From positions 1-64,000 of the forward strand of contig JANRLD010000098.1 of assembly GCA_033762915.1 (NCBI GenBank): a stretch of 64,000 nucleotides of DNA, read 5' to 3'. Positions 11,513-21,221 of this stretch are shown here, piece after piece (the first letter of the stretch is position 1; each line of letters opens with the position of its first letter). The translations under genes were made by a program, and so were the position numbers. The stretch is from Meiothermus sp. (lineage in GTDB: Bacteria; Deinococcota; Deinococci; Deinococcales; Thermaceae). The notes under the pieces are model-generated. The model was not told where the DNA came from, made no database searches, and saw nothing but the letters and a program-made list of their open reading frames with translations.

Positions 11513-13015
11513 TCAGCGCAGCCGAAGCGGAAGCTTAAGGGCCCACGCGAAGACCCCGAACACCGTCAGGCCCGCCGCACCGCCCGCAATCAGCGGCAGC
11601 AGGTTGGCCAGGAAGAACTTAGGAACGCCGAACTGGATGGCGACGAAGTAGGCCACCGCGCCCGCCGGCAAGGCCGCGACCAGCACCTTGAGGACCTGCA
11701 ACCAGACCTGGCCCTGAGACACCATGCCGAAACGCTGAAGGCGGCGCAGGTAGACCGCGAACCCGATCCAGCCCGCGGCGGCTGTGGCCAGGTTGAGCAG
11801 GAATAGCCCCTGCTCCCTTAAGAGCCAGTAGCCGAAGGTGTTCAGCAGCGCCACCATGACCGTCACACTGACCGCTGCCGAGACTTGCCCCACCGCGTAG
11901 AAGCCGCGCAGGATGAGCTGGTTTAGACCCCAGGGCAGCAGCGCGAAGCCGAGCGCCGCCACGGTCTGGGTCGTGAACTCCCGGTTGGCCTGGGAAAAGT
12001 TGTCAGTGATGGCGTAGAGTCCGCCCACGAGCCATGGCGCGAGCGCTACCATCATCGCGGCCGCGAAGGCTAGAGGCACTGAGAGTCGAAGCAGCATGCG
12101 CCAGAGCAGGTCTTTGGCCTGAGCCACCTCCCCAGCCCCGGCCAGGCTCGAGAGTCTAGGGAAGGCCGCCATCGCGGGTGAGACCGCCAGCAGCCCCAGC
12201 AGGGTGGTGAAGATGATCTCCCCGTTCTGGAATCCGGTGATGGCAGCCGAGGGGTATGCGGCCAGGATGGCCAGCAGGATCAGGTTTAAGAACTGCCGCA
12301 CCCCGGTCGTGAACACGAAAGGGCCGATGCGCGCGAAGGCCTCGCGGAAGGCCGGGTGCCACCGAAACTCGAGCCGGTACCCGCCCAGCGAGGGTATCTG
12401 TACCAGGGCTTGCAGCAGGCCCCCAACCGTCACCGAGAGGCCCAGCGCCACCACGCTGCCGGGGAACAGAAGCATCAACGCGACTGAGCCGAGGTTAAAC
12501 ATCACCGGGCTGAAGCTGGCCACCTTAAAGCGCTCCTGGGCCTGCAGCACCGAGGTGAACAGGGCCGCCATCGAGATGGTAAGCAGGAAGGGCAGGGTCA
12601 GCCGCACCAGCAGAACCAACTGCTCGAAGACCTCCGGCTGGCGCAGCGGGCTCTGGCGGGGGTGCGAGGCGTCGGAGAGCCACAGAATGGCCGACGCAAT
12701 TTGGGGTGCGAATAGCAGGCCCAGCCCCAGCAGTATCAGGTTGACGCCCAGCAAAAAGGCCCCAAAGCGCCTCGAGAAGACCTCCGCCTCCGCGCTGGGC
12801 AGTTTGGTCAGGACGGGGATCAGGGCGTTCTGGATTGCGCCCTCGGCCAGCAGTTCGCGGAAGAGGTTGGGGACGCGATAGGCGGCCCAGAAGGCGTCCT
12901 TGATCACGTCGTCGAGAGGCAGGTTGGTCAGCACGGTCTGCCGTACTTGACCCAGCACCCGGCTGGCGAAGGTGCCCAGCATGACAATGAAGGTGTTGCG
13001 CAGAATTCGCCTCAT
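11513..13015 (-). CDS. murJ: Lipid II flippase MurJ (MviN)
   Basis: SRVLGQVR, DAFWAAYRVPNLFRELLAEGA...ALIPV; many TM segments. Confidence 0.92.
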   Translation of the reverse strand: MRRILRNTFIVMLGTFASRVLGQVRQTVLTNLPLDDVIKDAFWAAYRVPNLFRELLAEGAIQNALIPVLTKLPSAEAEVFSRRFGAFLLGVNLILLGLGLLFAPQIASAILWLSDASHPRQSPLRQPEVFEQLVLLVRLTLPFLLTISMAALFTSVLQAQERFKVASFSPVMFNLGSVALMLLFPGSVVALGLSVTVGGLLQALVQIPSLGGYRLEFRWHPAFREAFARIGPFVFTTGVRQFLNLILLAILAAYPSAAITGFQNGEIIFTTLLGLLAVSPAMAAFPRLSSLAGAGEVAQAKDLLWRMLLRLSVPLAFAAAMMVALAPWLVGGLYAITDNFSQANREFTTQTVAALGFALLPWGLNQLILRGFYAVGQVSAAVSVTVMVALLNTFGYWLLREQGLFLLNLATAAAGWIGFAVYLRRLQRFGMVSQGQVWLQVLKVLVAALPAGAVAYFVAIQFGVPKFFLANLLPLIAGGAAGLTVFGVFAWALKLPLRLR

Positions 13016-13175
13016 GGGGTCGGGGCTAGGCTGCCGGTACACGGCGGCATAAACAAGGCATTCTAAGGCAGTCTCGGCCAAACCGCCGCTGCCGAAGTGA
13101 GTCGGTGTAAAAATCCCTGGGCGGGCGGCCGGTTGGGGGTTTTCGAACCGGGGCGAAAATCGGTAAACTCGGCCC

Positions 13176-14183
13176 GTGGAGACTGCCTCGAGGCTCGTTG
13201 CCCAAGCGGTGGATTCTGGCCGGATCGCGGGCGCGGCGCTGGGCATGGTCGAGCTGGGCGGGACGATGTGGACCCGCTATTTCGGGGTCAAGAACCGCGA
13301 GAAGCCTGATCCGGTCGGGGTGGAGACCCTTTTCGACCTGGCCAGCCTGACCAAGGTGCTGTTCACGGTTCCCGAAGTGCTGAGGCTGCTCGAGGATGGT
13401 CTGGCCGACCTCGACGACCCGCTCTCAAGGTTTTTCCCCGAGATGACCTGGATGCAGAACTCCGAACTGCCGAGGCGCACCCTACGCCAGCTGCTCGTAC
13501 ACACGGCCGGCCTGGAAGGCTGGGCCCCGGTTTACAGCTGGGGGACCGACCTGCCCACGCTCAAGATGGCGGTGCTTCAGCACCGCTGGGAAGTCAAGCC
13601 GGTGGGGAGCCATCTCTACTCCGACATCGGCTACATTTTGCTGGGTCTGGCGCTCGAGCGCTTGCGGGGCAGAACCATCGCGGCCTTCGACCTGCCTTCG
13701 GGTATGGCCTTCAACCCGCCCAACCCCACCGCCTGCGCCGCCACCGAGGCTTGCCCCTGGCGCGGGCGGGTCTTGCAGGGCGAAGTCCACGACGAGAACT
13801 GCTTCGCGCTTGGGGGCGCAACCGGCCACGCCGGGCTGTTCGGGACGCTGGAAGGCGTCCTGGGCCGCGCGCGCGCCCTCATGAGCGCCGAGGCGGTTTC
13901 GCCCGCCGCCCTCGAGGAGATGCGCCGCCCTCAGCACCCCGAGCGCGCTCTGGGCTGGATGACCCCCCAGCCGGGCTTCAGCGGCGGCAGCCTGTGCAGC
14001 CGCCAGACCTTGGGCCACACTGGCTTCACCGGAACTGGGGTCTGGATGGACTTCGAGCGCGGCTACGCCTGGGCGCTTCTCACCAACCGCGTCCACCCTA
14101 GCCGCCACCTGGAGACCGGGATTTTCGAGCTGCGCAAGGCGGTGGGAAACAGCATCGCGGCCGAGCACCGCGCCGCGCGCTAA
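13176..14183 (+). CDS. Serine hydrolase, beta-lactamase/class C-like family
   Basis: FDLASLTK (SxxK), YSDIGY, GHTGFTGT, LLTNRVHP. Confidence 0.9.
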   Translation: METASRLVAQAVDSGRIAGAALGMVELGGTMWTRYFGVKNREKPDPVGVETLFDLASLTKVLFTVPEVLRLLEDGLADLDDPLSRFFPEMTWMQNSELPRRTLRQLLVHTAGLEGWAPVYSWGTDLPTLKMAVLQHRWEVKPVGSHLYSDIGYILLGLALERLRGRTIAAFDLPSGMAFNPPNPTACAATEACPWRGRVLQGEVHDENCFALGGATGHAGLFGTLEGVLGRARALMSAEAVSPAALEEMRRPQHPERALGWMTPQPGFSGGSLCSRQTLGHTGFTGTGVWMDFERGYAWALLTNRVHPSRHLETGIFELRKAVGNSIAAEHRAAR

Positions 14184-14234
14184 GTCGCTCCAGGTTTTTG
14201 CCTGACCAATAGCCGGGGATGCCCTGCGGGCCGG

Positions 14235-14792
14235 CTACCCCCTGAGGGCTTGTGCCACCGTGCGGTGGACCACCGCCCTAAACTTGCCCCAGTCGCTCCA
14301 GCTAGCCTTCAGATATTCCGACTCCTGCTCCTGGAGGGCCTCGAGCTGCCTCGCGATACCCAGCAGGCCCTCGGCGTTCGCGCTGGAGAAACCGCTGATC
14401 TGCTCGGCGTGGTCCTGGGGGCTGGGCTCGCCTTCGGCCTCGATCAGAAAGCAGTAGCTGTGGAAAAGCCGTCCCTGGTTGTGCTGGTAGGTGATGTGGG
14501 CCAGAAAGCGCTTGATGGTGGCCTCGAGACCCAGCTCCTCCCAAATCTCGCGCTCGAGGGCCTCCGAAACCATCTCGCCGGTCTCCATGCCGCCGGTGGG
14601 CAGCCGATAAAGGCCTTGCGGGTAGAAGCCCTTGGTCATCGTCAAAAAGGTGTCGCCGGGCCGGCGCAGCACCAAGCACACCTCGGCGATTCGAGGGCTG
14701 GCCACGGCAAGGTAGCTGTTATCGCCCAGGGTAACTACAGGCTCGAGGGGTTTACCGTATCGCAATGCCAGTTCCAGTAGCTCTTGGTGCAT
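14235..14792 (-). CDS. NUDIX hydrolase
   Basis: Nudix box GGMETGEMVSEALEREIWEELGL. Confidence 0.88.
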   Translation of the reverse strand: MHQELLELALRYGKPLEPVVTLGDNSYLAVASPRIAEVCLVLRRPGDTFLTMTKGFYPQGLYRLPTGGMETGEMVSEALEREIWEELGLEATIKRFLAHITYQHNQGRLFHSYCFLIEAEGEPSPQDHAEQISGFSSANAEGLLGIARQLEALQEQESEYLKASWSDWGKFRAVVHRTVAQALRG

Positions 14793-14932
14793 GATACAGA
14801 AGCTATCACAAGTTGGGGAGCGGGGAACAGGTAGCAGGGAACATACAAAACGGGATTGGAAAAGGTCTAAGTGGCCCCAAACAGTGGATTGGAACTTCCC
14901 CGCCGCGTTCGCCTACCGTCCAGCCAGCGCCG

Positions 14933-15820
14933 CTAGGGGAAAGCCTTAGCCGAAGCCCACACCAAGCCCTGCCCCCCGACCGTACCGGTTAACTCGACCC
15001 AGCCGACCTTTAGGCCGGGAGGTGGGGCGGGGAAGCTGGCGGGGACAGCGCGGAGCTTGGAGCCATCGAAGTAGGCCACCACTCGCACCGGGGTCTGGTC
15101 GGGGGCGGCCCGCAGGGCAATGAAGGGCGCGCTACGGCTGGTGGAGAGCCAGGCGCTCACGAACTGGTACTGGCCCGCCCCCACCAGACTGGCCGGGCCC
15201 TGGTAGAACGACCAGGCCTGCGGGCTGCGCAACTGCACCTCGTCGGCCTTGAAGGTGTTGCCCTCCCAGGTGCCCACCGCCTCGAGCCACATTCCGGGTG
15301 CGGCCAGCCGGAGCCAGGGGGAGTCGCTTTGCACGCGGGTGTCGCCGCACAGCACTTGCCCAGAAGCCGCAACAGTGATCTGACCGTAGTAGCTTCGGGG
15401 GGCCGAGTTGACCGGGTTGTTTGGGCTGCCGGAGCTGCCGGGGCCGGGGCCGGAACCGGGGCTTCCGGGGTTGACCGGACTGACCGCATTGCCCGGCTGC
15501 TGCCGGCGCCGATCTTCTTCTTTGCGCCGCTCCTCCTCTTTGCGCCGCTCCTGCTCGCGGCGTTCGCGCTCTTCGCGTTCGCGGCGTTCGCGTTCCTCGC
15601 GCTCGCGGCGCTCCCGCTCTTCCTTCTCCCGCTTCTCCTTCTCCTTGTCGTCGTTCCCTTTGTTGCCCGGTCCCGAGTTGCCTCCGCCGGGGCCGGTGTT
15701 GCCCTCGGCGAGGGCCACCGCCAGCAGCGGCTGCGGTCCCAGCGCGGCGAACGTCAGCAGCCCGATAAGGCCCAGCCGTACCGCCAGGCTCCGCGGGTTC
15801 CAGCACAACTCAGGCCGCAC
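14933..15820 (-). CDS. Exported protein with charged low-complexity region and a DUF5666-like beta domain
   Basis: Hydrophobic N-terminus, GNSGPG and RERREREE repeats, PGMWLEAVGTWEGNTFKADEV motif; overlaps the kinase stop. Confidence 0.65.
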   Translation of the reverse strand: MRPELCWNPRSLAVRLGLIGLLTFAALGPQPLLAVALAEGNTGPGGGNSGPGNKGNDDKEKEKREKEERERREREERERREREERERREQERRKEEERRKEEDRRRQQPGNAVSPVNPGSPGSGPGPGSSGSPNNPVNSAPRSYYGQITVAASGQVLCGDTRVQSDSPWLRLAAPGMWLEAVGTWEGNTFKADEVQLRSPQAWSFYQGPASLVGAGQYQFVSAWLSTSRSAPFIALRAAPDQTPVRVVAYFDGSKLRAVPASFPAPPPGLKVGWVELTGTVGGQGLVWASAKAFP

Positions 15821-17069
15821 GGTCGCCCTCCGGGGGCAGCGTCAGGACGGCCTCGAGGCCCCCCTGCGGGCGGTTGCGGAAGCTCAGTTCGCCGCCCAGG
15901 AGCTGGGCGATGTGACGCACCAGGGCTAGACCCAGGCCCAGACCCTCGGTCCGGGGCTGGAGCCGCAGGAAGGGGTCTCCGAGGCGGGCCAGCGCCTCCT
16001 CGGGCACGCCGGGGCCGCTGTCGCGCACGGCCACCAGGTTCCTCCCCACCTCCACCTCGACCAGTCCCTGGCTGTACTTGAGGGCGTTGTGGATCAGGTT
16101 GCCCAGAGCTTGGTGTAGCAATTCTTCGTAGCCCAAGACGCGAGACTGCGGCCGACCCCCAACGGTCACTCGGCCCTGCTGAGGCCCAGGCAGCTCGGCC
16201 AGAACGCGCTCGAGCACGTCGGCCAGCGCCACCGGGGTGGGGTCGCTCTGGGGCGAGCGGGTCAGGGCCAGCAGCCCGGCCAGGAGCTTCTCGAGCCGCT
16301 CGAGGCTGCCCTTAATTGCGGGCAGACTCTCCTCGCGAGGGAGGAGCCCCTGCTCGAGGGACTCGATCTGCGCCCTCAAAGTGGCCAAAGGGGTGCGCAG
16401 CTCGTGGGAGGTGTAGCGGGCAAAGCTGCGCTCACGCTCGAGAAAGTTCCGCACCGCCTGGCTCATGCGATTAAAACTCTGGGCCAGGTCGGACAGCTCG
16501 TCGTCGCCGGGGGGTACCGGCAGCGGCTCGGGGAAGCGTTGCTGGGCAAGGTCGTGGGTGGCCTTGGTCAAGCGGCGGACCGGGGAGAGCAGGTAGCCCA
16601 GCAAAAGGTAGGAGGCCCCCAGTGCCAGCAACAGGGCCAGCGGCAGGGCCAGCAGCTCAGTCTGCCAGAAGGTACGCACCGCCTCGGCTCTGGATTCGGT
16701 GGAGCGGGCCGCCTCGAGCACATAGCCGCCCTCGAGCGGCTGCCGATAGGAAAGCCAGCCGCCCAGGCTGTCGGGAAAGCGGCCGCCTACCTCGAGGTAG
16801 ACCTGCCCCTCCCGCACCACCCTAAAACGGTCGTTGCCCCAGGCCGGAAGGCTGTCCAGCCGGTCGGGGTCGAGGCTGACCCCCGAGGAGGTGATCACCA
16901 CCACATGGGCCACGGCCTCGGTGTAGTGGGTCAGCTCCTCGCGGTCGGTTCGCTCGAGGCTTCGCTGAAACTGCCAGGCCCCCAGCCCGCCGACCAGCAA
17001 TGCCGTCAGCAATACCGACCCCACCAGCCCCAGTTGCAGGCGCGCCCGAAACCCCCCGCGCCAGGTCAT
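15810..17069 (-). CDS. HAMP-domain sensor histidine kinase
   Basis: Two TM helices, HAMP DELSDLAQSFNRM, H-box SHELRTPL, N-box NLIHNALKY, G-boxes DSGPG and GLGLGL. Confidence 0.93.
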   Translation of the reverse strand: MTWRGGFRARLQLGLVGSVLLTALLVGGLGAWQFQRSLERTDREELTHYTEAVAHVVVITSSGVSLDPDRLDSLPAWGNDRFRVVREGQVYLEVGGRFPDSLGGWLSYRQPLEGGYVLEAARSTESRAEAVRTFWQTELLALPLALLLALGASYLLLGYLLSPVRRLTKATHDLAQQRFPEPLPVPPGDDELSDLAQSFNRMSQAVRNFLERERSFARYTSHELRTPLATLRAQIESLEQGLLPREESLPAIKGSLERLEKLLAGLLALTRSPQSDPTPVALADVLERVLAELPGPQQGRVTVGGRPQSRVLGYEELLHQALGNLIHNALKYSQGLVEVEVGRNLVAVRDSGPGVPEEALARLGDPFLRLQPRTEGLGLGLALVRHIAQLLGGELSFRNRPQGGLEAVLTLPPEGDRAA

Positions 17070-17372
17070 TGCAAACCGCCGCACCGGTACAGCGTGGGGT
17101 TGGGTTTCGGTAGGGGAGGGTTTGACCATAAGGCTGAAAGTGGGAGGCAGGAATGAAAAGAGCGAAGGATGGGTACGGGCGAGCTGTGCTACTTGTTTCA
17201 ACCTTTGGGGGCTAGCGGGAGTTGACAGGGTGGATAAACCGTTGGACGCAAATATCAAGCGAACGCAAGGCAGGGGATAGAGCGGTTTGCGTTTTCGGGG
17301 TCGTCCACTCGAGGGGTGTGGTCCTTTGACCTTGACCTTCAGCTATTCGCCCTTGCTTCCCTCCTTCCTCGT

Positions 17373-18029
17373 TTAAACTCCCAAGATATATCCCCCAGAC
17401 TGTGTGGCGATAACCTGCGGCCCAAGTTTCTCGCGCAGGCGGTGGACGTAGACGCGAAGGATGCGGTGGCCGGAGTCGGTGTCGGGGAAGAGTTTGTCGA
17501 GGAGCTCGTCAATGCCAAAAACCCGCTCGGGGTGGAGGGCCAGACGCTCGAGTAGCGCAAACTCTTTTTCCGAGAGCTGCACCGGCTGCTCCTGCCAGAC
17601 CACCGAGCGGCGCTTGAAGTCGATCAACAGCGGGCCGCGCTCGAGGCGGTTCTGTCGCTGCTCGCCTCCACGCCGCAGAAGGGCCCGCACGCGGGCCAGG
17701 AACTCCTGGAGCGAGAAGGGCTTCACCAGATAGTCGTCGCCACCAAGGTCGAGGCCCTCCACCCGGTCTTCGACGGTGTCTCGGGCGGTCAGGAAGAGGA
17801 TCGCACCCGCGAAGCCGGTCTCGCGCAGCTCTCGAGCCAGCCTGAACCCCGCGTCCTCGCCCTCCGGCAGCATCACGTCGAGGGCGATTAAGTCGGGCTC
17901 GCACTCTCCCAAAAGGCGGCGCGCCTGTGTCAAGCAGTCCGCCCACTCAGCCTCGTACCGCTCCCGCTGCAGCAGGGCAAGGAGCGGTGCGGCCAGGCCG
18001 GGCTCGTCTTCGACCAAGAGAATTCTCAT
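17373..18029 (-). CDS. OmpR/PhoB-family response regulator (QseB/PmrA-like)
   Basis: MRILLVEDE, LDVMLP, LTARD...GLDLGGDDYLVKPF, wHTH VYVHRLREKLG. Confidence 0.95.
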   Translation of the reverse strand: MRILLVEDEPGLAAPLLALLQRERYEAEWADCLTQARRLLGECEPDLIALDVMLPEGEDAGFRLARELRETGFAGAILFLTARDTVEDRVEGLDLGGDDYLVKPFSLQEFLARVRALLRRGGEQRQNRLERGPLLIDFKRRSVVWQEQPVQLSEKEFALLERLALHPERVFGIDELLDKLFPDTDSGHRILRVYVHRLREKLGPQVIATQSGGYILGV

Positions 18030-18126
18030 ACGGATCGTGGTTGGGCAGGGAAGGCGGAGCCGAAGCCAACGGCTTTGGGACCATTTTACACGGGCGGTGC
18101 TCGAGCCTGCCCCCCATCTGTGGCAG

Positions 18127-18159
18127 CCAGCGGCCAACGCAAAAAGGGTTGGCCGCTGG
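18127..18159. terminator. Hairpin downstream of the DUF5666 lipoprotein
   Basis: Perfect 12-bp stem CCAGCGGCCAAC/GTTGGCCGCTGG. Confidence 0.55.
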
Positions 18160-18189
18160 GTTACCACCTTCCGCATAACGTCTGCTTGA

Positions 18190-19407
18190 CTACTTGATCT
18201 CCAGCTTGTCCGCAGTGAAGATTCCGCCCGCGACCTGGCCTCGGGCCTCGGCGCGTGTCCCGTCGCGGTTGGTGCCCCAGAAGGTGGCCGCGCTCACCTC
18301 GGCGTCGGCGATCTCGTACTTGGTGGTGGGTTTGACCGTGACGCTGAGGTTGGCGATCTTGAGGGTTTGGGCCGCGCCGTCAAAGGCGCTGATGGCGCCC
18401 TCGAGTCGGGCTTCCCGGCCGGGGCGCTCGGGGCGCTCGTCGCCGCCGCCTGCGCCTTGCACCTCGACCCGCACGGCCTGCACGGCGTTGGCCCCGGTGG
18501 CCAGGCCGTTGACCTCGACGGGCTTGCCGTCCTCGAGGGTGCCTCGCACCAGCGCCCTGGAATAGTCCACGGTGAAGTCCTGCACCTTGAAGGTCTTGGC
18601 GTCCTTATTGAGGCCGGAGATCAAGCCCTTGAGCTCGACGCGGCGGCCCACCGGCGGGGTGGGGTTGCCGGGGTTGGCCGAGGGCACGCCCTGCACCAGT
18701 TGGGGCAGGACGGTACTGCCCTGGCGCTGGCCTTTTACCCGCACAAAGCCGTCGTTGGCAACTGTGCCCACGATCCTGACGCTGGGGGCGCTGAAGTCGA
18801 CGGTGTAGGTCTTGAGGCCGTAGGTGAAGGTCTTGAGGTCGCTCTTGAGGTCGCGCACCCGCACCCGAAGGTCTACCTTGTTGGGGTTGTCCTCAACCTT
18901 TACTTCTAGGCGGGTGGCCTGGATGGAGTCGTCCGCTTGGGGCAGGCCAGCCACTTTCACAAAGTCGCCCACTTTGAGGTCGGCCAGGGTGATGGGGGTC
19001 TCGCTTCCGTCGGCGGCCTCGCGCACCAGCAGGGTGGTGTCGGTGATCTTGGCCCGCAGCCCTACCACGTCCACAGTGCCGCCCACCGCGTCCACCGCGT
19101 CCACGGCGCCCTTGGCCCGCCAGCGCACCTCGAGGCGACGCATCTTGAGCTTTCCGCCGTCGTCGCTGCCGTCTCCGCTGACTTCCACGCCGGGTTTAAC
19201 GTCGCCGGGGCTGCCGGGCTCGTCGTCCACGGTGATGCTGGCCCCGCTCAGGCTGAGCGGCTGCCCGTTGAGGGTGAGCAGACTGGCGGTGCCGCCCACG
19301 GTTCCGGCCAGGCTTACGTCGGCGGCGCTCGAGGTCGGGGCGCCGAGATTGGAGCAGCCCGCCAGCGCCAACAGACTCAGTGCAGCCAACAAGGGTATTT
19401 TGTTCAC
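18190..19407 (-). CDS. Lipoprotein with multiple DUF5666-like repeats
   Basis: GTG start with GGAGG RBS, lipobox LAGC, about five repeats such as LKVGDFVKVAG...ATRLEV and VEVNG...AVRVEV. Confidence 0.85.
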   Translation of the reverse strand: MNKIPLLAALSLLALAGCSNLGAPTSSAADVSLAGTVGGTASLLTLNGQPLSLSGASITVDDEPGSPGDVKPGVEVSGDGSDDGGKLKMRRLEVRWRAKGAVDAVDAVGGTVDVVGLRAKITDTTLLVREAADGSETPITLADLKVGDFVKVAGLPQADDSIQATRLEVKVEDNPNKVDLRVRVRDLKSDLKTFTYGLKTYTVDFSAPSVRIVGTVANDGFVRVKGQRQGSTVLPQLVQGVPSANPGNPTPPVGRRVELKGLISGLNKDAKTFKVQDFTVDYSRALVRGTLEDGKPVEVNGLATGANAVQAVRVEVQGAGGGDERPERPGREARLEGAISAFDGAAQTLKIANLSVTVKPTTKYEIADAEVSAATFWGTNRDGTRAEARGQVAGGIFTADKLEIK

Positions 19408-19426
19408 GGGTGTACCTCCACGGCTG

Positions 19427-19459
19427 AGGTTAGCTGGGGCGGGTAAACGCGGAATTAAC
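19427..19459 (-). promoter_or_regulatory. Direct-repeat box plus -10 element (lipoprotein promoter)
   Basis: GTTAATTCCGC-GTTTACCCGCC-N5-TAACCT; same geometry as 56508-56540. Confidence 0.5.
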
Positions 19460-19927
19460 AAAGGCGTTATCTGAATAGTTTGGGGGTCGGAGAGGGAGTA
19501 CATTACCTGCCACCGCGAGGGAAGTAAGGGTCGGAAACGCGATGAGTCGTGGTAGGAGCCGCAGTGAGGTGGGTTCAGGGGGTTGATTTCTCGTAGTGCA
19601 GCAGACCCCTCGAGGATGTGCTCGGTCTTGAGCATGTGGCCAGGGGACGCGAGCAGTTGTGCGGCGGCCTGCTCGAGTTGGGCTACCGCCTTCTCTAACT
19701 CCTTGGCCTGAGGATCAGCGACGTTTTCCATAGCCGAAGGCCAGTGTTGCCGGTCCGGACGCGACGAAGCCTGGTCTTTGGGCCTCGCTTTTGCCTCACT
19801 TACGGGCAAGATTTGGGGAGATAACCGACAAACGAAATGTATCTGTCGGGGCTGGCCTTGCGCCTGACCTGACCCCTATAACGATAGGATTGTTTCCGCC
19901 AGAGACTGGCCGACGATGAGGTTGGCC

Positions 19928-20932
19928 CTACCCGATCACAAAATCCCTGGTCTTTTGCTGGTCCAAAACCACCTCGAGGGCCTCTTCCAGCACCTCGAGG
20001 CCGCTGCCCCGCCGGGGTGCCTTGGCCGACAAGACCTGCCGCCATAGCCGCCCGCCGGGCTGGCCCTTGAACAGGTTGAGCATGTGCCGCGCAATCGCCC
20101 ACAGCGGCGTGCCCGCTTCCATTCGCGCCGCGATGTAAGGCAACATGGATTGGACGACCTCGGCCCTCGAGACCGCCCAAGGCTGACCAAACAGCCGCCC
20201 GTCCACCTCGGCCAGCGCGAAGGGGTCTTCGTAAGCAAGGCGGCCCACCATCACACCGTCCACGTGCCGGAGGTGCTGTTCCGCCTCGTCTAAGCTCCGC
20301 ACCCCGCCGTTGAGGATTAGGGTGAGGTGCGGGAAGTCGCGCTTGAGCCGATACACCCATTCATACCTTAGGGGTGGCACGCTGCGGTTCTCTGCGGGCG
20401 AGAGCCCCTTAAGAACGGCCTTGCGGGCGTGGACGATGAAGGTCTCGACCCCCACTGCACTCAGTTTCTCGATGAACCGTGCCACGTAGGCGTAGTCCTC
20501 GAGGTCGTCCACCCCCAGTCGGTGCTTGGCGCTCACCGGCACCTTAACTGCCCGACTCATGGCATCCATGCACTCGGCCACCAGGTCGGGCTCGAGCATC
20601 AGACAGGCCCCGAAACCCCCGCCCTGCACCCGCTCGGAAGGGCAGCCCAGGTTCAGGTTGATCTCGTCATAACCCCAATGCTCGCCCGCTCCAGCGGCTT
20701 CGGCCAGTTTTTCCGGCGTCGAGCCGCCCAGCTGCAGCGCTACGGGGTGCTCCTCCGGGCTGAAGTCGAGCAGTCGGGGCCGGTTGCCCAGCAAGATCGA
20801 GTTGTCCACCACCATCTCGGTGTACAGCAGCGCATGCCGGGTGATTCGCCTCAGCAGGAAGCGAAAATGGCGATCCGTCCAGTCCATCATCGGTGCGATA
20901 GATAGGCGGTGGTAGGGGAGAGAGGGAGTCAT
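19928..20932 (-). CDS. dusA: tRNA-dihydrouridine(20/20a) synthase
   Basis: SIAPMMDWTDRHFR, LYTEM, EINLNLGCPS, HARKAVLKGLSPAENR. Confidence 0.95.
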   Translation of the reverse strand: MTPSLPYHRLSIAPMMDWTDRHFRFLLRRITRHALLYTEMVVDNSILLGNRPRLLDFSPEEHPVALQLGGSTPEKLAEAAGAGEHWGYDEINLNLGCPSERVQGGGFGACLMLEPDLVAECMDAMSRAVKVPVSAKHRLGVDDLEDYAYVARFIEKLSAVGVETFIVHARKAVLKGLSPAENRSVPPLRYEWVYRLKRDFPHLTLILNGGVRSLDEAEQHLRHVDGVMVGRLAYEDPFALAEVDGRLFGQPWAVSRAEVVQSMLPYIAARMEAGTPLWAIARHMLNLFKGQPGGRLWRQVLSAKAPRRGSGLEVLEEALEVVLDQQKTRDFVIG

Positions 20933-21221
20933 GAGGGGAGCTCTCGAGGCTCGAGGGCCTGGCCGCAGGGGCAGCTTCTTGAGTTTACAGGGGTATCCAG
21001 AGTTCACCAAGGGCGGATGCCAGCTTGCCCGCAGCCGCCAATCCGCCATTTCCCACGGCATAGGGCACATGGTTGCGGGTGCAGTCCCCGCGTAGTTCAG
21101 CACCGAACGAGCTAAAACACGGCACCTCCAGGGACACATTAGGGACAAATGAATCTGGCTAATCCCGGCCAAGAGTACAAATATCAAGTTACGTACAAAT
21201 CAACACCTGGAGGTGAAGTCT

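Noticed and set aside
15490..15660. Tandem DNA repeats as a non-coding array
   Set aside because: They encode the RERREREE low-complexity segment of the 14933-15820 protein.
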